A stretch of 63,961 bases of DNA, counting the filler, from Octopus bimaculoides (taxonomy: Eukaryota), in assembly GCF_001194135.2 (NCBI RefSeq). It is 6 parts of 6 records of this genome, joined end to end, with 100 filler letters (N's around TTAATTAATTAA, not from the genome) between each part and the next. Parts side by side here need not be neighbours in the genome. Positions count along the whole stretch, not along the records: positions 1 to 22,291 come from NC_068985.1; positions 22,392 to 26,723 come from NC_069005.1; 4 more parts are not named here. The stretch is one strand, 5' to 3'. This document shows, one piece after another, positions 12,300-25,620 of the stretch (within the stretch, counting starts at the first letter, position 1; each line of letters starts with the position of its first letter). The notes beneath the pieces are model-generated. The model was given only the letters and a program-made list of their open reading frames with translations, searched no databases and was not told the origin of the DNA. A program made the position numbers and the translations under genes.

Positions 12300-12603
12300 A
12301 AATATATAGTTTTAGGGAAAATAACCAATTTTCAAGAACTCATCGATGAAAATCCACTATCACATATAGAAAAACTAATAATTAAAAGCTCAANNNNNNN
12401 NNNNNNNNNNNNNNNNNNNNNNNNNNNNNNNNNNNNNNNNNNNNNNNNNNNNNNNNNNNNNNNNNNNNNNNNNNNNNNNNNNNNNNNNNNNNNNNNNNNN
12501 NNNNNNNNNNNNNNNNNNNNNNNNNNNNNNNNNNNNNNNNNNNNNNNNNNNNNNNNNNNNNNNNNNNNNNNNNNNNNNNNNNNNNNNNNNNNNNNNNNNN
12601 NNN

Positions 12604-12638
<35 letters not shown>

Positions 12639-12899
12639 AAAAATATAATTGTCACGGCTGTTTATATTAATTTAGCCTGTAGCCTGTCTGTGAGAGGAAT
12701 AACTGTGAATAAGAATTGGATTGCTTTGCTCATGACGATGTGTACAGCTCATACTGGCATGAAAAGTGCATGTAAAATGACAATGATGCTACATATGCAC
12801 ACATATACATACAACATACATATGCACATCATATACATATGCATTTGTGCATACATACATACATATGTGAATATATACATATGTATGTGNNNNNNNNNN

Positions 12900-12946
<47 letters not shown>

Positions 12947-13963
12947 TCTTATCGATATTAGTCCTGCATTTACTGCACTTTTTTCTTCTATCTCAGCTCT
13001 TCATACACTGGATATACACATACATATACATAAATGTATATCCAAGGCATCCAGCCATAAAAACTGTGCCAAAACAGACACAGAAGTCTGGTGTGGCCCT
13101 CTGCCCAGCCAGCTCCTGTCAAACCATCCAACCCATGCCAGCATGGAAGATGGACGTTAAACGATGATGATGATGATACATAAATGTATACTATTGGGCT
13201 TCCCTTTTTAAGCTCTCCTTCTCTTCACCAGATGTAGCAACTTTTTGAGTAATGAGTCAATATGGGTACCTCTATGCTATTGTTTGACCTGTAAGAAATA
13301 TTACCCAAATCTCCACCAAATCACTGAAAATAAGAACAACATACTCTTAGATATGCAGTCAGCTTCCCAAGTAACAGGAGCCTCAGGGATATGATTTCCT
13401 GTTATTGGGAATCTTCCATTGTCTAAATTTTTTTTCTTTTGTTTAGATCTATTTATTATTTAAATTAAAGGATTACAGTAAATAAGAAATAGAGACACTT
13501 TAAAAACCAAACCAGTTTATGTAATGAATGTCTCTTTATTTGGTTGTTAAATGACAAATTAAGTAACTTAAACCAAAGAAAAAAAAAAGAAAAGGTATGA
13601 AATTAACTAAAGGAGAAAACAAATCATTTTCAGATTTAAAGAAAAAAGACTATCTAAGTTTAACAACATGATTTCATTGAAAGGGTTTGTAACAGAATGA
13701 TTATCCACCTGTAAAATATTGCCTCAGAATATAAATACAACCCATGCCAGCATAGAAAAGCAGATGTTGATGACAAAGATGATGACGGTGATAATTATTA
13801 TTATTATTATAAAATAAAGTACCAGTCAAGTACTGGAGTCGATGTAATCGACTAACACCCCCCCTAAAATTGCAGGTCTTGTGCCAAAACTTGAAACCAT
13901 TATTATTATTATTTTTTTTTTTTGTTTTTTTTTAAAATTTTTCTTTTTTTTTTAGGTAGCGGG

Positions 13964-14167
13964 CAGGCAGAATCGTTAGCACACCGGGTGAAATGCTTAG
14001 CGGTATTTCACCTGTTGCTACATTCTGAGTTCAAATTCCGTCGAGGTCGACTTTGCCTTTCATCCTTTTGGAGTTGATGAAATAAGTACCAGTGGAGCAC
14101 TGGTATCGATGCAATCGACTGTACCCCTCCCGCTAAATTTCAGGCCTTGTACCTATAACAAAAGATG

Positions 14168-14170
<3 letters not shown>
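13964..14170 (+). mobile_element. tRNA-derived SINE family B. Other copies: about 7000-7210 (-), 7250-7400 (-), 9295-9400, 15720-15840, 16950-17090 (-), 17790-17985, 36570-36790 (-), 40900-41030 (-), 41440-41620, 52750-52900 (-)
   Basis: Recurrent core gagttcaaattccgccgaggtcgactttgcctttcatcc...aagtaccagt...gatgtaatcgac with an (ATT)n tail. Confidence 0.85.
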
Positions 14171-14208
<38 letters not shown>

Positions 14209-14989
14209 CATTATTATTATTATTATTATCATTATTTATTATTATTATTATTATTATTATTGTTATTATTATTATTATTGCTATTACAATTTTCAAAATG
14301 CTGTTAGGTTTGTGCTTTCCATTGTAGATACTGTTATTTTGAAAGTTTACTTTATAGTATGTCAAAATACATACCATCTATTTATTACCTTTTTTTTCTT
14401 AAAAAAATGGGAGAAAGATATATGGGCTGATCATGGGTGGAATGTCTTTGATCATAGGTCTAATCAATAAAGACTGATCTGGAATGACACAGTAACTATA
14501 CAACAAAGTGATCAGACAAAACAATCTAGGTGCTATGTGCATCTTGGGTAAACATACACAGTATTCTCATCTTCACAAGTAATAAACAAAACGTGCTTCT
14601 TTGTGTGTGTGCGTATGTATGTGCATAATGTGTCTGTGTGTGTGTGTATTTGTGTGCATGTAAATCTTTTATCTTAATATTCTGGCTAACAAACTCTGAT
14701 TACCATAAGGTGTCATATTTTTTTTCATCTTCTTATGATGTTTACATCTGATGTATTTTTGATATTACATTCTCATTGAATATCATCTTAACTTTAAAAG
14801 GAAGAGAAACAAAAATTGACTGCAAAAAAAAAAAAAATACATTTCCCATATTTTTGCATGAAATTTACCTAAAGAACTTTCTAAACTTCTCAACAATATA
14901 ATGCTCTTGTTTGTCATGAGGAATAATTATTTCAAAGAAGGATTTCTTTTTTTTTTTATTTAATAATAGTAATAATTATAATAATAATA

Positions 14990-15345
14990 ATAATGAGCAT
15001 GTCCCTTAGTGGCTGACAATATGTCCATCTCTGATCACAAGCAGGCGTATTTGGGGAGCATCATAGCCATGTGTTGAGAGGAATTCTTTGGGGTTTGGAT
15101 AATTCACCCCTGGAAACATGGGTGTTTCATTCAACATCCTTAAATAATCCTTATTCAGGGAACTTTTGGGTGGGGTGCGTTGGGCTACTTGACCAGAAGA
15201 AAATTCTGCACATATGGTTGTCTTGCATGTGCCTGGTATACCCTTATCAGACGGGTAGTCATGATGGATATATTGGGCTTTGTATACTTGTACTCCAGTG
15301 TCACTTTGATGGCATGCATTGCTCTCTTACTCAATAATAATAATA
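14990..15345. mobile_element. Interspersed repeat flanked on both sides by (AAT)n, followed by an RLE-type ORF end (ELQEIIHMSTDYILRKTLSI*) at 15360-15422
   Basis: (TAA)n at 14965-14993 and 15333-15347; the peptide resembles the ILRKxLS C-terminus of R4/CRE-like elements. Confidence 0.45.
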
Positions 15346-16599
15346 ATGATGATGTATCAGAACTACAAGAAATTATTCACATGAGTACTGACTACATCCT
15401 AAGGAAAACACTGTCAATCTGACAGTACTTAATTCTCATTAAACTCTTTCAAATTTTACAAATTTAGCAGAATCTTAGTTCTCAGATTCTGGTCTCTTTT
15501 AACCTTACAATATACTGTTGCTAATCATAGATAACACCCATAATAAAATGTTCAACTTGCTGTTACTTGAGGTCTCTGGATAAGTTTGGAACAGCTTGTA
15601 TAAAACAAAGCAATGACAGTAAATAGTACTACTTATAATAATAATAATACAAATAATTTTATTATATTTGAAAACAACAAAAACACTGAATTATGATTTA
15701 GCATATTTTAACATTCTGGGTTCAAATTCCGCCAAGGTTGACTTTACCTTTCATTCTATCAGGGTCGATAAATTAAGTACCAGTTGCGTACTGGGGTTGA
15801 TCTAATTTCAGGCCTTGTGCCTAGAGTAGAAAAGATTATATACATTTTCTGTTTTTTGAAATTTATATTTTATTTTTCATATTTACTGTTGCATCTAATG
15901 AAATACTCAAAAATGTATACAATACATTTTTTTCTGAATAATTCAAAGAATCAATCTGAATGTCGACTCAATAAAATTTATAATTTTATTACATGAAGAA
16001 AAAAAATTGGCAGTTAAAACTATTTTTCATTTGATGAGAGGAAATTTCTAATATTTTGTGCGAAGGTTTTCATTGGATAAACCAAAAGCTATGTTCTGGA
16101 AACTCTACAAAAAAAGAGAGGAAAAAAAAACAAACAAACAAATGTTTGATATTCTCTGTTCATTTGGAATATGATGTATAAAGGTTGTTTTATTAACTGA
16201 CATTGATTGTTTACGTTGCACATATTGATAGAATAACTTTTTTGAGAAAGTAACTCTTCTTTCTGTTCTTTATTATTGTGGGCAAATAACACTGTGTAGC
16301 AAAATATTTATTTTTTTTTGCCTTTGGTCAGTAAGTGTTATTTTTTTATTTGCTTCTATCTAGAAATCAAGGGAAATGACTACTATTCCCTTCAAACTTT
16401 GCTTTTGTGACCTGGACATCAATGTTTTGAAACTGACCTATTTTCCATTACTCTTCAGACAGATTCAGCACTGAATTACTGAGGCAGAAATATCGTTATA
16501 GTAAATATTCTGCTCAATACCACAAATTTGTTTGTCAGTTGCTTGATCTTAACCACTTGACCATGTTCTTTAGAAACCAAACAGGGAATTGGTTGCATA

Positions 16600-16790
16600 C
16601 ACTTGGATCTGATATTTTCAAACTTCTACCTGTTTGGCTCTATGAAGAACAGTGTTTAGATAGTGTGAAAGTGGCTGTGATGAAGTGGGTACAACAGTGA
16701 GTACCTGAATTTTTTTTTGAAAGGATTAAAGAGTTGGGTTCGAGACGGTTCAAATGCATTTCTTATGATGGAGATGATGTTGAGTGTTAG
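16600..16790 (+). mobile_element. Mariner transposase C-terminal fragment, degenerate
   Basis: DLIFSNFYLFGSMK ... VKVAVMKWVQQ*VPEFFFERIKELGSRRFKCISYDGDDVE matches the mariner pattern PSDxHLF...W.KCI..xGDYVE. Confidence 0.7.
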
Positions 16791-19700
16791 CATTGTATAC
16801 AGGAAGAGTTACTCTACTAAACTGTGCAATTTGAACAACCTTTGTCATTTTATGCCTACTTTTGTATTACTTTCAGTATAAATCTCACATGTCCCCTTCA
16901 TTTGCTTTTGCTATATTGTTTTGTGCCAGCGACAGTCATGTGTTTCACTGGTACTTAATTTATTGACCCCGAAAAGATGAAATCCAAAGTTGACCTTGGT
17001 GGAATTTGAACTCAGAATGTATCAACAGCTGAAATACCACTAAGTATTTCGTCCAGCATGTTAACAATACAGCCAGCTCGCCGCCTCATAGATTTACTCA
17101 TATTAAGGTACTAAATTGGCTATGTTGTAAGAGTGTTGGACAGAATGCCTCACCAAATATATTCTGACGCTTTGCTTTCTGAGTTCAGATCCTACTGAGG
17201 TCAACTTCATCTTTTTTTCTTTTGGGGTTGGAGAATGTTAGAAGGCTTGGAGGGATGCTTTACAAGATCTGCTCCAGCTGTTTGTGTTTTATCAGTAACA
17301 CTTGCAATGACACTTGGGCTAGGCTGTATCACTCCTAGTTGGTGGCTTTTCCTTTGGATAAACATCGGTGGCATGGGGAGTGGAGATGTACATGCATGAG
17401 CAACTGTCAGTCTACCTCAGAAATATTGCTCAGGTTTGTGCGTACTTGTGCAGCTGTGTGGTCAGCCTTGACTGATGATGGCCTATCATACTTGTGTTAA
17501 TGAGCAGGATAGGTGTATTTTCTTCTGAACAGAATATTATTCTATTAGGCCAATGAGGGAACCTCCACATGGTATGAACTTCTAGAAATTGCTGCCAAAA
17601 CTCCCTTAAATCAAACAACCACCACCTTAAACAAGAAAGAACTAATTGGATAACATAGTCACAATAATATCATAAACTCTTTGTTCCCTATGGAGCATAG
17701 GCCATCAGCAACTTTTCCCCACTGTTCTCATCTCTGGGCTCTCCCTTGATTTTAAATTGTCATTGTAAAGTGGCAAGTTGGGATAACTGTTAGTTCACCA
17801 AACAAAATGCTTAGTGGCATTTTTTCTATCTTTATGTTATGAGTTCAAATTCTGCCAAGGTTGACTTTGCCTTTCATCCTTTCAGGGTCAATAAAATAAG
17901 TACCAGTAAAGCACTGGGCTTGATGTAGTCAACTTATCTCTTCCTCTGAACTTGCTGGCCTTGTGCCAAAATTTGAAACCAATATTAAATTGTCATCAAT
18001 GTTTCTGTAATTCTGCTTTCTCCTAGGTAAGAATGTTGGCCCTACACAAATCCATTTTACTGCTGGGAAGAGGTGGTCCATATTAGTCTGACCTCTTGTC
18101 TTTTAATCCTTTAGTGTTTAAACTGACCATATCTAGCTCAAATGTTCCAGCTGTTTTATGTTCAAACTGGCATGATTCAGGCTTTTACACCTAATCTACA
18201 ACATTATTTTAAAAGTAAACAAACACACCATTGAAATTTCAAAGCTATAAGATAATGCAGGATTAATTCAAAGCAATATGAAGAAATAAGTATTACATTC
18301 AACAGAGTAATCTGAATGCTAAAGGGTTAATCTGTCCACCATAGGAGGCTCTATGAGAGGCTTGTGCTCTACTGGCATAGTTCTCAGGTTCATTGAAGCA
18401 TACAAGCCTCTTCAGCATAACAAAGACTGGATCTTGTGGTAAACAGTCATAGATACTCTTAAAGAGGCAAAATGGTCACGGTTGAAACAAATAGTCTTAA
18501 AGTTGTACTGGGTCTAAGCAACAATAATAATTTGTTGCAGGTAATACTTCTCTGATTATAAGATATATATTTTTTTATTTGATAGTTTAGAGACTTGAAT
18601 GACCTAAAATCAAACATTTGAACTAGAGACACAGTTTAACTCTTTAGCAATTGTATTACTATGCCAAATGCTATGCTGCATATTCATTCACGTGCTTCTG
18701 AATTAATCATGCATTATCTGGTAGTTTTGAGATTTCTATGATTGTTTATGATTTGAATGACATTATCAGCTAGGTGTGAGAGGCCAGATCTGGTCAATTT
18801 GGACATAAAACTGCTAGAACATTTTGGGCCAGATATGGCCAGTTTGAATGCTGAAGCATTAATAAATTTGAGAATTGATGAGAGTCATTAGAAGTAGCAC
18901 AGAACACCTTGTATTTTCTCCTGTGCTCTGCGTTCAAAACCTGTCATGATCAACTTTGCTTGTCATTCTTCCAGGGATTGATAGAATGAAGTACCAGTCT
19001 ATTGGTTAGGTAATTTAGTAACTCAGAGTGGCCAGTGGCATGTATTTGAACAACAAAGATGAAGGATAGGGTAAGGGTAAGATCCCCTTTGATCATGAAT
19101 GATCATTGGATTGCACCTAGAAAATTCCCCTCTGAGGCACAAGTTCGGGCAAGGTTGTTTATGGAAGACCAGCAGTTGCCCATACATATCAGCCTTCCCT
19201 CTCTATGCCACTGATGTTATCCATGTGCCTTAAATAATATACAAGATAAATTCTTGATTTACAATATTTACAAAATTACCCCTTTAGCATTTAAACTGGC
19301 AATATCCGGCCAAAATATTCTATTTACCCTATGTTCAAACTGGCTATATCTGACATCTCTCACCTACCCTAAGTGTGAGATGTCATTTTGAACATTAACA
19401 TTTACATAATCGAAAACTAAGGTTACAAGATAATGCAGGATGAATTCAAAACAGTGTGCATAAATAAGCATTATATTTGACGGAGTAGTCCGAATGCTAC
19501 GGACTTAGCATTTGTTCTGAGTTCAAATCCTGATGAGGTCACTTTTGTCTTTCATCTTTTGGGGTTGATAAAATAAAATCAGTGGATTGGTGGAATAGTT
19601 TGAACATTGGAGAAAATACTTTGCCATATTCTGGGTCCTGTGATCAAATCTGATTATTGTTTCATCCTTTGGGAGTTAAAATAATAGTGCAAGAAAGTAG

Positions 19701-20896
19701 ATTGGTAAAATTGTTAAGTTGCTTTCTTGTTTTTCTTCCAGCTTTTTGCGGTCTGTGTTCTTTGATAAACTCAATCCAATCCATTATCTGGTTTAATACC
19801 ATCACTGGTCCTTGGATATCTTTTACCAAAGTTCACTTTGCTCCAAGTATTTGGGCCTGGTTTTCAGTTCAAGAACAACTTCCTCCTTACCTCTCACCAG
19901 TCTTGGAAGTCTTTCTCCTCTCCTGCCAAAATATAAAGAGTCATGTTCACTCCTCCTTTCTCTGATTAAAGAGTGTAAAAAAAAAATAAAGGAAAAAAGA
20001 GAGAGTAAAAATTCATTCAGTTTTTCCACTTATGCAAATGTGAAATTGGATTGATACATAACAAAATAATCTTGACAGCTTTAAACAAAATTTCTAGTCT
20101 CCCTTCCACCCCGTCAGTTAAATACGGAGTTGCTTCCCTTCTTCGTATAAATGTTGAATTTCTGTGACCGTGCGTTGAGAATATATCGAACTTTTCCGTT
20201 ATCTTTCACTTGTTTCAGTCATTAGACTGTGGCCATGGTGGGACACCGCCTCTAGAAATTTTAATCAAACGAATCGACCCCGGATTTTTTTCTTTTTTTT
20301 TTTCAAATTTTTATTAACGATTTAGTCACTGGCCATCTGAAAGTAATGGGACTGGGACAGCTCTGATGTTCATTTTGAACAGCTGCATATCAACAACTGT
20401 AGGAAAATCCTAATCGGGTAATGAGTTCTCGAAGGAAAGAATGGTTGATAGATTGAAATATGAAGCACATTTACGGTGATGAGAAAAGCTGAGATGGATG
20501 TGTCATGTAGGCACGGGTGAAGAGGGTACATGTACAGTTCCGAGGTCATTGTAGTGGTGTAAGTACAAAAAGCAGTGAGTTTACGTCTCTGTGGGTTAGA
20601 GATTGAAGAGGGTTGGTAATTGACTTGTTGCCAAAGCATGTTTAATGATGAGCCAATGAGAGAGTACTTTTATGTGGTTGCATGACTTGCTAGAAATAGG
20701 AGCCATTAAAAGCAAAGATAAATAAAATGAAAATAAACGATCTAAAGTAAATAAGATACAATGAGAGAGAAATAAGTATAAAATCACATCTTTGTTTCGG
20801 GGTTTGAAAGTTTTCAAATCTCCAAACAAATTTTCCTATATTCTTTCCTGCGTGGAAATACACTTCTCTCTCTCCACACACACACACACATATATA

Positions 20897-22265
20897 CTAG
20901 CAAACACACCCGTCCTTTGGACGGTTTAAGTTGCTTTGGTGGTATTTTTTCACTTCGTTCCAGGTGCCACCTGAGATCAGCGAGCCGTTTGCTCATTGGT
21001 ATCTCCCACGAAGTAAATTTGAAGGAATCGGTGTTCAGCGTTGTTGATAGGAAGAATAGAAGCTATCCGATGATAGGTTTGGCCCTGAATTTTGAAAGTT
21101 GGCATATAGGAGTCCTAATGAATGGTTTTATGACGGAAACTTGTCATCTGGAAGGCAGAGTTATAAGCGCGAATTTTCTGTATAAATTGCTGCGAATCAG
21201 GGTATTAACCAAGGAGTGAAGAAAGGAAAGGCTGAAGAGTGTTTTGCAGGTCAGGCAAGCGAACCTTTCCGTTTGAGTAGCGTAGGCCACTGGATTCTCC
21301 AACCCACTTGAGGACCTTGCAAAATGGACATATTACAGACATATCCCCTGTAACAGTCTCTCGATGAGTGGCGTAATCCTCGACAGGATCATAGTTGAGC
21401 GCCTTTGATGCTCATCGTCTACTCGATGGCTTCCAATAGCCATGAGCAAGAACCTTCCAATGAGCTTTAGACTGAAGTCTCATCATCCGATGGTTATCGT
21501 CATCTGCCAACCTCGCGGCAGAAGTGGATTCAGCATTGCGTGCTCGACAGATAGCACTCTTTTGTGGGGTTTCTGCAGTCATTGCGTCAGCAACACGCAC
21601 TCGATAGGTTTTACGCTGTTCTGGAGTTGTTGCATCACTAGCAGCGGCAGCTGTTTTCAACAGTCTACAAGACCTCCGGTCCTCAGTTTCCTTAGCCTGC
21701 CAGGCTGCTGCCTTGCCACTGCAGAAGACTTTCTGCCAATGCGTGTTCTCTTTTTAGGTGGCATGCTTGTATTATCTGGAAAAGGAAAATGGGTTTTAGT
21801 GTACACAAGTGATTATCGATTCTATTATAAGCTAACAAAAGCCCCTTTATTCTGTCTTCTCACATAGCCTGCGCATAAAGTAACTGTAATGTATGCGTGC
21901 GAGTAGATGTAATCGCCTTACCTCGGTTTTCCTTTCGTCGACTGCGAGTCTGTCTTGTGGTATCCGATCCTTGAAGCTTGCCCCGACCCAAAGAACACTA
22001 GGAATAGCAGCTGCTTCTCCCAAACCTAGACCGTCGCTTAGCAGGTCCTCTCCTGACCACAACCCAATTCGAAAAGGGCACGAATCCCGATCGAGGCTCC
22101 CTCTGCCCTTCTTCCTCTTCCGGTCAACTCGCCCTTCCGGTCAACTCGCCAGTCACTGACGTCATACCACAGTAACAACGAATGCCGCATTAAGTGAAAT
22201 GGTATGGAGCTTTCTGAAAGAAACGTAAAGCTTTCGCTAGTGGAAGCAAAACTCTTATTTAAAGA
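20897..22265 (-). mobile_element. Internally deleted Helitron. A pseudogenised N-terminal Rep/Hel ORF (ATG at 21764 down to about 20950) is joined directly to an intact 3' terminus; the 5' TC end at 22265 is tentative
   Basis: MPPKKRTRIGRKS..., NYDPVEDY, CPFCKVLKWVGESSG..SNGKVRLP, IRAYNSAFQMTSF, YMPTFKIQGQTYHRIASILP, FLQIYFVGD, with stops. 3' hairpin CCGTCC-AAA-GGACGG lies 9 nt before CTAG|T. Confidence 0.9.
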
Positions 22266-22291
22266 TTGATTCTTTGGGACAAATCATATGC

Positions 22292-22391
22292 NNNNNNNNN
22301 NNNNNNNNNNNNNNNNNNNNNNNNNNNNNNNNNNNTTAATTAATTAANNNNNNNNNNNNNNNNNNNNNNNNNNNNNNNNNNNNNNNNNNNN
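22292..22391. other. Artificial 100-bp assembly spacer (44 N + TTAATTAATTAA + 44 N). Identical spacers at 26724-26823, 51263-51362, 55814-55913, 62764-62863
   Basis: Identical geometry five times; the 12-mer has stop codons in all six frames. Confidence 0.95.
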
Positions 22392-22429
<38 letters not shown>

Positions 22430-22469
22430 ACACACACACACACACTCACACATATGTATATATCTCTTC

Positions 22470-23305
22470 CATTCGCTAAGCAAATTAAGGGTAATTTGGT
22501 TGGAACCTTATACAAACTTTTCTTTAAACACATTACAAAGGAAAATAGATATTATGATATTATTAACCCTAGGCTTCTTAGATTGGTTATTCTGTATCAT
22601 ATAATTTATGTCAGATTATATTTTCAATTAATGAAAAAATTATCTAATTTTCATAATAATTGTAGTAGTAGCAGTAAACGCCATAACACTAGTACTAATG
22701 GAATAAACGTTAGTAATGAAAGTAAATTTGAGACGTCTCGTGTACAAAGGGAAACAACCAGTGTCAAATTCCATCTCAAACTCTTGAATGTAAGTAAAAT
22801 GGTAAATAGCAATTATACTGAATGTAATAATATGAAACAGTATAATAATACGAGTAGTAATGAAAATCCTCTTCGTGATTGCAGAATTAGAAGTGAATGT
22901 ATATTTAAAAATTATTGTAAGCAGAAGAATGTTATTTACAGATACAAGATGATACCTGAGGGTAAAAGTTTCTTCTATATAGGGGTTATGCAGAATTTTT
23001 TTAAAGAAAGGCATCTCTAACCATATTTACACCTTTAATAATAGGAACAGGTCATCTTCTACCAATTTCAGTATATTTATTTGGGACTTGATAAACAAGA
23101 AAAAAAAAAGTTTTTCTGTGGAGTGGGAGATTGTAAGCAAGGCGACTGCTTATAAGCCTGGAAACGCCTTTTGCTTTCTCTGTCTAGAAGAATTATTCTT
23201 GAGCTTAAATTCTCGGAGACGTCTCTTAAATGCTAAAATAGAGACTAGTTTTTCATGTGTTTATGCATGTAAATTGACTCTTAGAAACTGCAACCAAATA
23301 TAATC
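22470..23305 (+). mobile_element. Penelope-like retroelement, degenerate C-terminal region with GIY-YIG endonuclease
   Basis: DCRIRSECIFKNYCKQKNVIY...YIGVMQNFFKER and SVEWEIVSKATAYKPGNAFCFLCLEE...LLNAKIE follow the Cys-rich GIY-YIG pattern of Penelope-like elements. Confidence 0.8.
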
Positions 23306-24395
23306 ATCATTGATGATAAGCATTAAAAAATGGTTAGTAGATGTAATATTGATGAAAAATAAATATAATCTAATACAATATAGTGTTTTAATTAAATAGT
23401 GTAGATGGACGTTAAGTCTTCTATACGTGGCAATGTATTGGTATTTTACTATAAATCCAATTAAGCACGTCTCTCATAAATATATCGTTGAAATTCTAAT
23501 AATAATTTATAAGACTAAATTTGAGATAAAACATATTATCTTAATAGTAATTACAACTTTAGTGTACTTAGTTTTAATATAAATTATCTATAAATAGTAT
23601 GTGGTAATGTTTCGGTTTTGCCTTTGTTTACAAAGTTTATGCTGATCGTAGTTTTACGCGCAAATATTGATGACGCAACCCTATGGTAATTAACTGGCAG
23701 TTTTGATGCGTCACATATTTCTTTTTCTTTTGCTGTCTTCAGTATTTTTAACAAACGCATGCACAACTGTTTGATGAATGTTTCCACCCCACCTCAATCT
23801 CACTCTACCCATCTTTCTCTCTGACTAGCTTTAATCTCTCTCTCTCTCTCTCTAATATCTATTTCGCCCTAACCACTACACAACCACCAATAAAACCCAT
23901 CATGTATTACATAGGCACGCGCACAAATATATTAGAAGTATTTGTTTAAATGTATATATACGAAAAAAAAATTTTTTAGACAACGCACTCATTAAAAAAA
24001 GCACAAATCTGAGTCTGTCGTAAGTCAACCAACACGTTGAAATTTAACTGCCAATTTTGAAAATTTTCCCCTGATGGAATATCCAATTAACCAGTTTCAA
24101 TATGAAAATTTAAATTAATTAATTTAATTTAATTTCTGTAATTGGACTGTAGGACAGGAATTTCATTATATGGATTTTAATATCTTTGAATAAACTAATG
24201 TCTGCGTTTCAATTACTCCATTTTGTTCATTTTCTAATTCATAAATATATTAAATAGCTATATATACCAATGCAAGACTAATATATTTAGTTTTCACTGA
24301 ACACTGGTATAAACCGGAGAATTAGGATGCTAGCTTTCCTTTGAAGGATTATAGGCCTTTGTCACAATTAAATTATATATATATGTGTATGTATG

Positions 24396-24445
<50 letters not shown>

Positions 24446-24849
24446 TTGCATATCTACACATACACACACATATACACAAATATACAAACACATACACATG
24501 CACACACATATATACACAAATACACTCACACACTCACAAAGTGTAAATGAGTAAAGAGACTTTGTGGTTGTGATTACCCTCGAGTTGAAAGTAAAAACGA
24601 AACCTTAACCAGCTTGAAACTGATAATAACGATGTCTTTTGTCAGATTAATACATTAATGATAGAATTACGACCGTAAAACTGAAACTCATTTTTAAGCA
24701 AAATTACAAATAGATTCTCATTAATGAAGTCCCTGGTATTCATTAGTAATTGTCATTAAATAATTCGAATTAATTTATTTATTCCATGATGAATTAAGTA
24801 TTTTTCCCCGAGTCGAAGAATATTGACTATTTTTCTTGAAGAGTGATTA

Positions 24850-25330
24850 TTTTCAGAGAATTCAAAGATAGATGATATCATGTGATTTCCTGCTCAATAG
24901 AACTAAGCTGGCTGCAATTCAAATTGGTCATTTAGTCCGCTGCAAGGCCTCCAATCTCTTAAAATCAATACTAGCAAAAAGCGCTTAAGTGTAATTTAGA
25001 TGTCTGATTGATCTGTGGAAATTTGTAAGAGTGTGTATCAATAACTACGGGGCAGCACCAATATTTCTATGAAAAATTTCTTTGATTCTTTTGTTTCTTT
25101 TGTTTATGGTAGAGTAGGGTCTTAAAGCACTCGACGCTGGTTTAGTGTTAGAGAAGCTCTGAAGAGCGTTGGGAGTTTATGAACTGGTAAGGGTTGGGAA
25201 AAGATAAAAGTCAGGAAAAGGTAATATGTGTTTGAAAGAAAATCCTTTGGTCAAACTAAATAAGATATTGATTTCATCAAAGATCGGAGCCCATGAAGAC
25301 ATTTGTCGAAGACTGTATGTATTTGATGGT
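24850..25330 (-). mobile_element. Possible degenerate non-LTR reverse-transcriptase C-terminal fragment
   Basis: FYLFPTLTSS*TPNAL...KPASSALR and TLTNFHRSIRHLNY...LEALQR weakly echo the YLG..LD..L.W..H / LY...IRS.L.Y...LE.xQ pattern. Confidence 0.35.
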
Positions 25331-25534
25331 GCTGATAGTTCTAAATCTGTCTCTCTATGGAGAGAGAGAGAGAGAGAGTGAGTGAGTGAGTGAGTGAGTA
25401 AGTGAGTGAGTGAGTGAGATACAGTGTGCGTATATATATGAGTGTGTATTGGGTGAATGTCTTCTACTAGAGTACCGGGCCAACCAAATCCATGTGAGTG
25501 AATTTGGTAGACGGAAACTAAAAGAAAGCTGTTG

Positions 25535-25620
<86 letters not shown>

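Noticed and set aside
12123-13160. 345-aa ORF, and similar HT/YI/CV-rich ORFs across the window
   Set aside because: Produced by CA/TA/TACA microsatellites and N runs
14720-14950. Minus-strand donor/acceptor pair suggesting terminal exons of a convergent gene
   Set aside because: The upstream segment has no acceptor and the frames close quickly
22336-22347. Conserved TTAATTAATTAA motif as a biological repeat or CRISPR-like unit
   Set aside because: Always centred in exactly 44+44 N; an assembly linker
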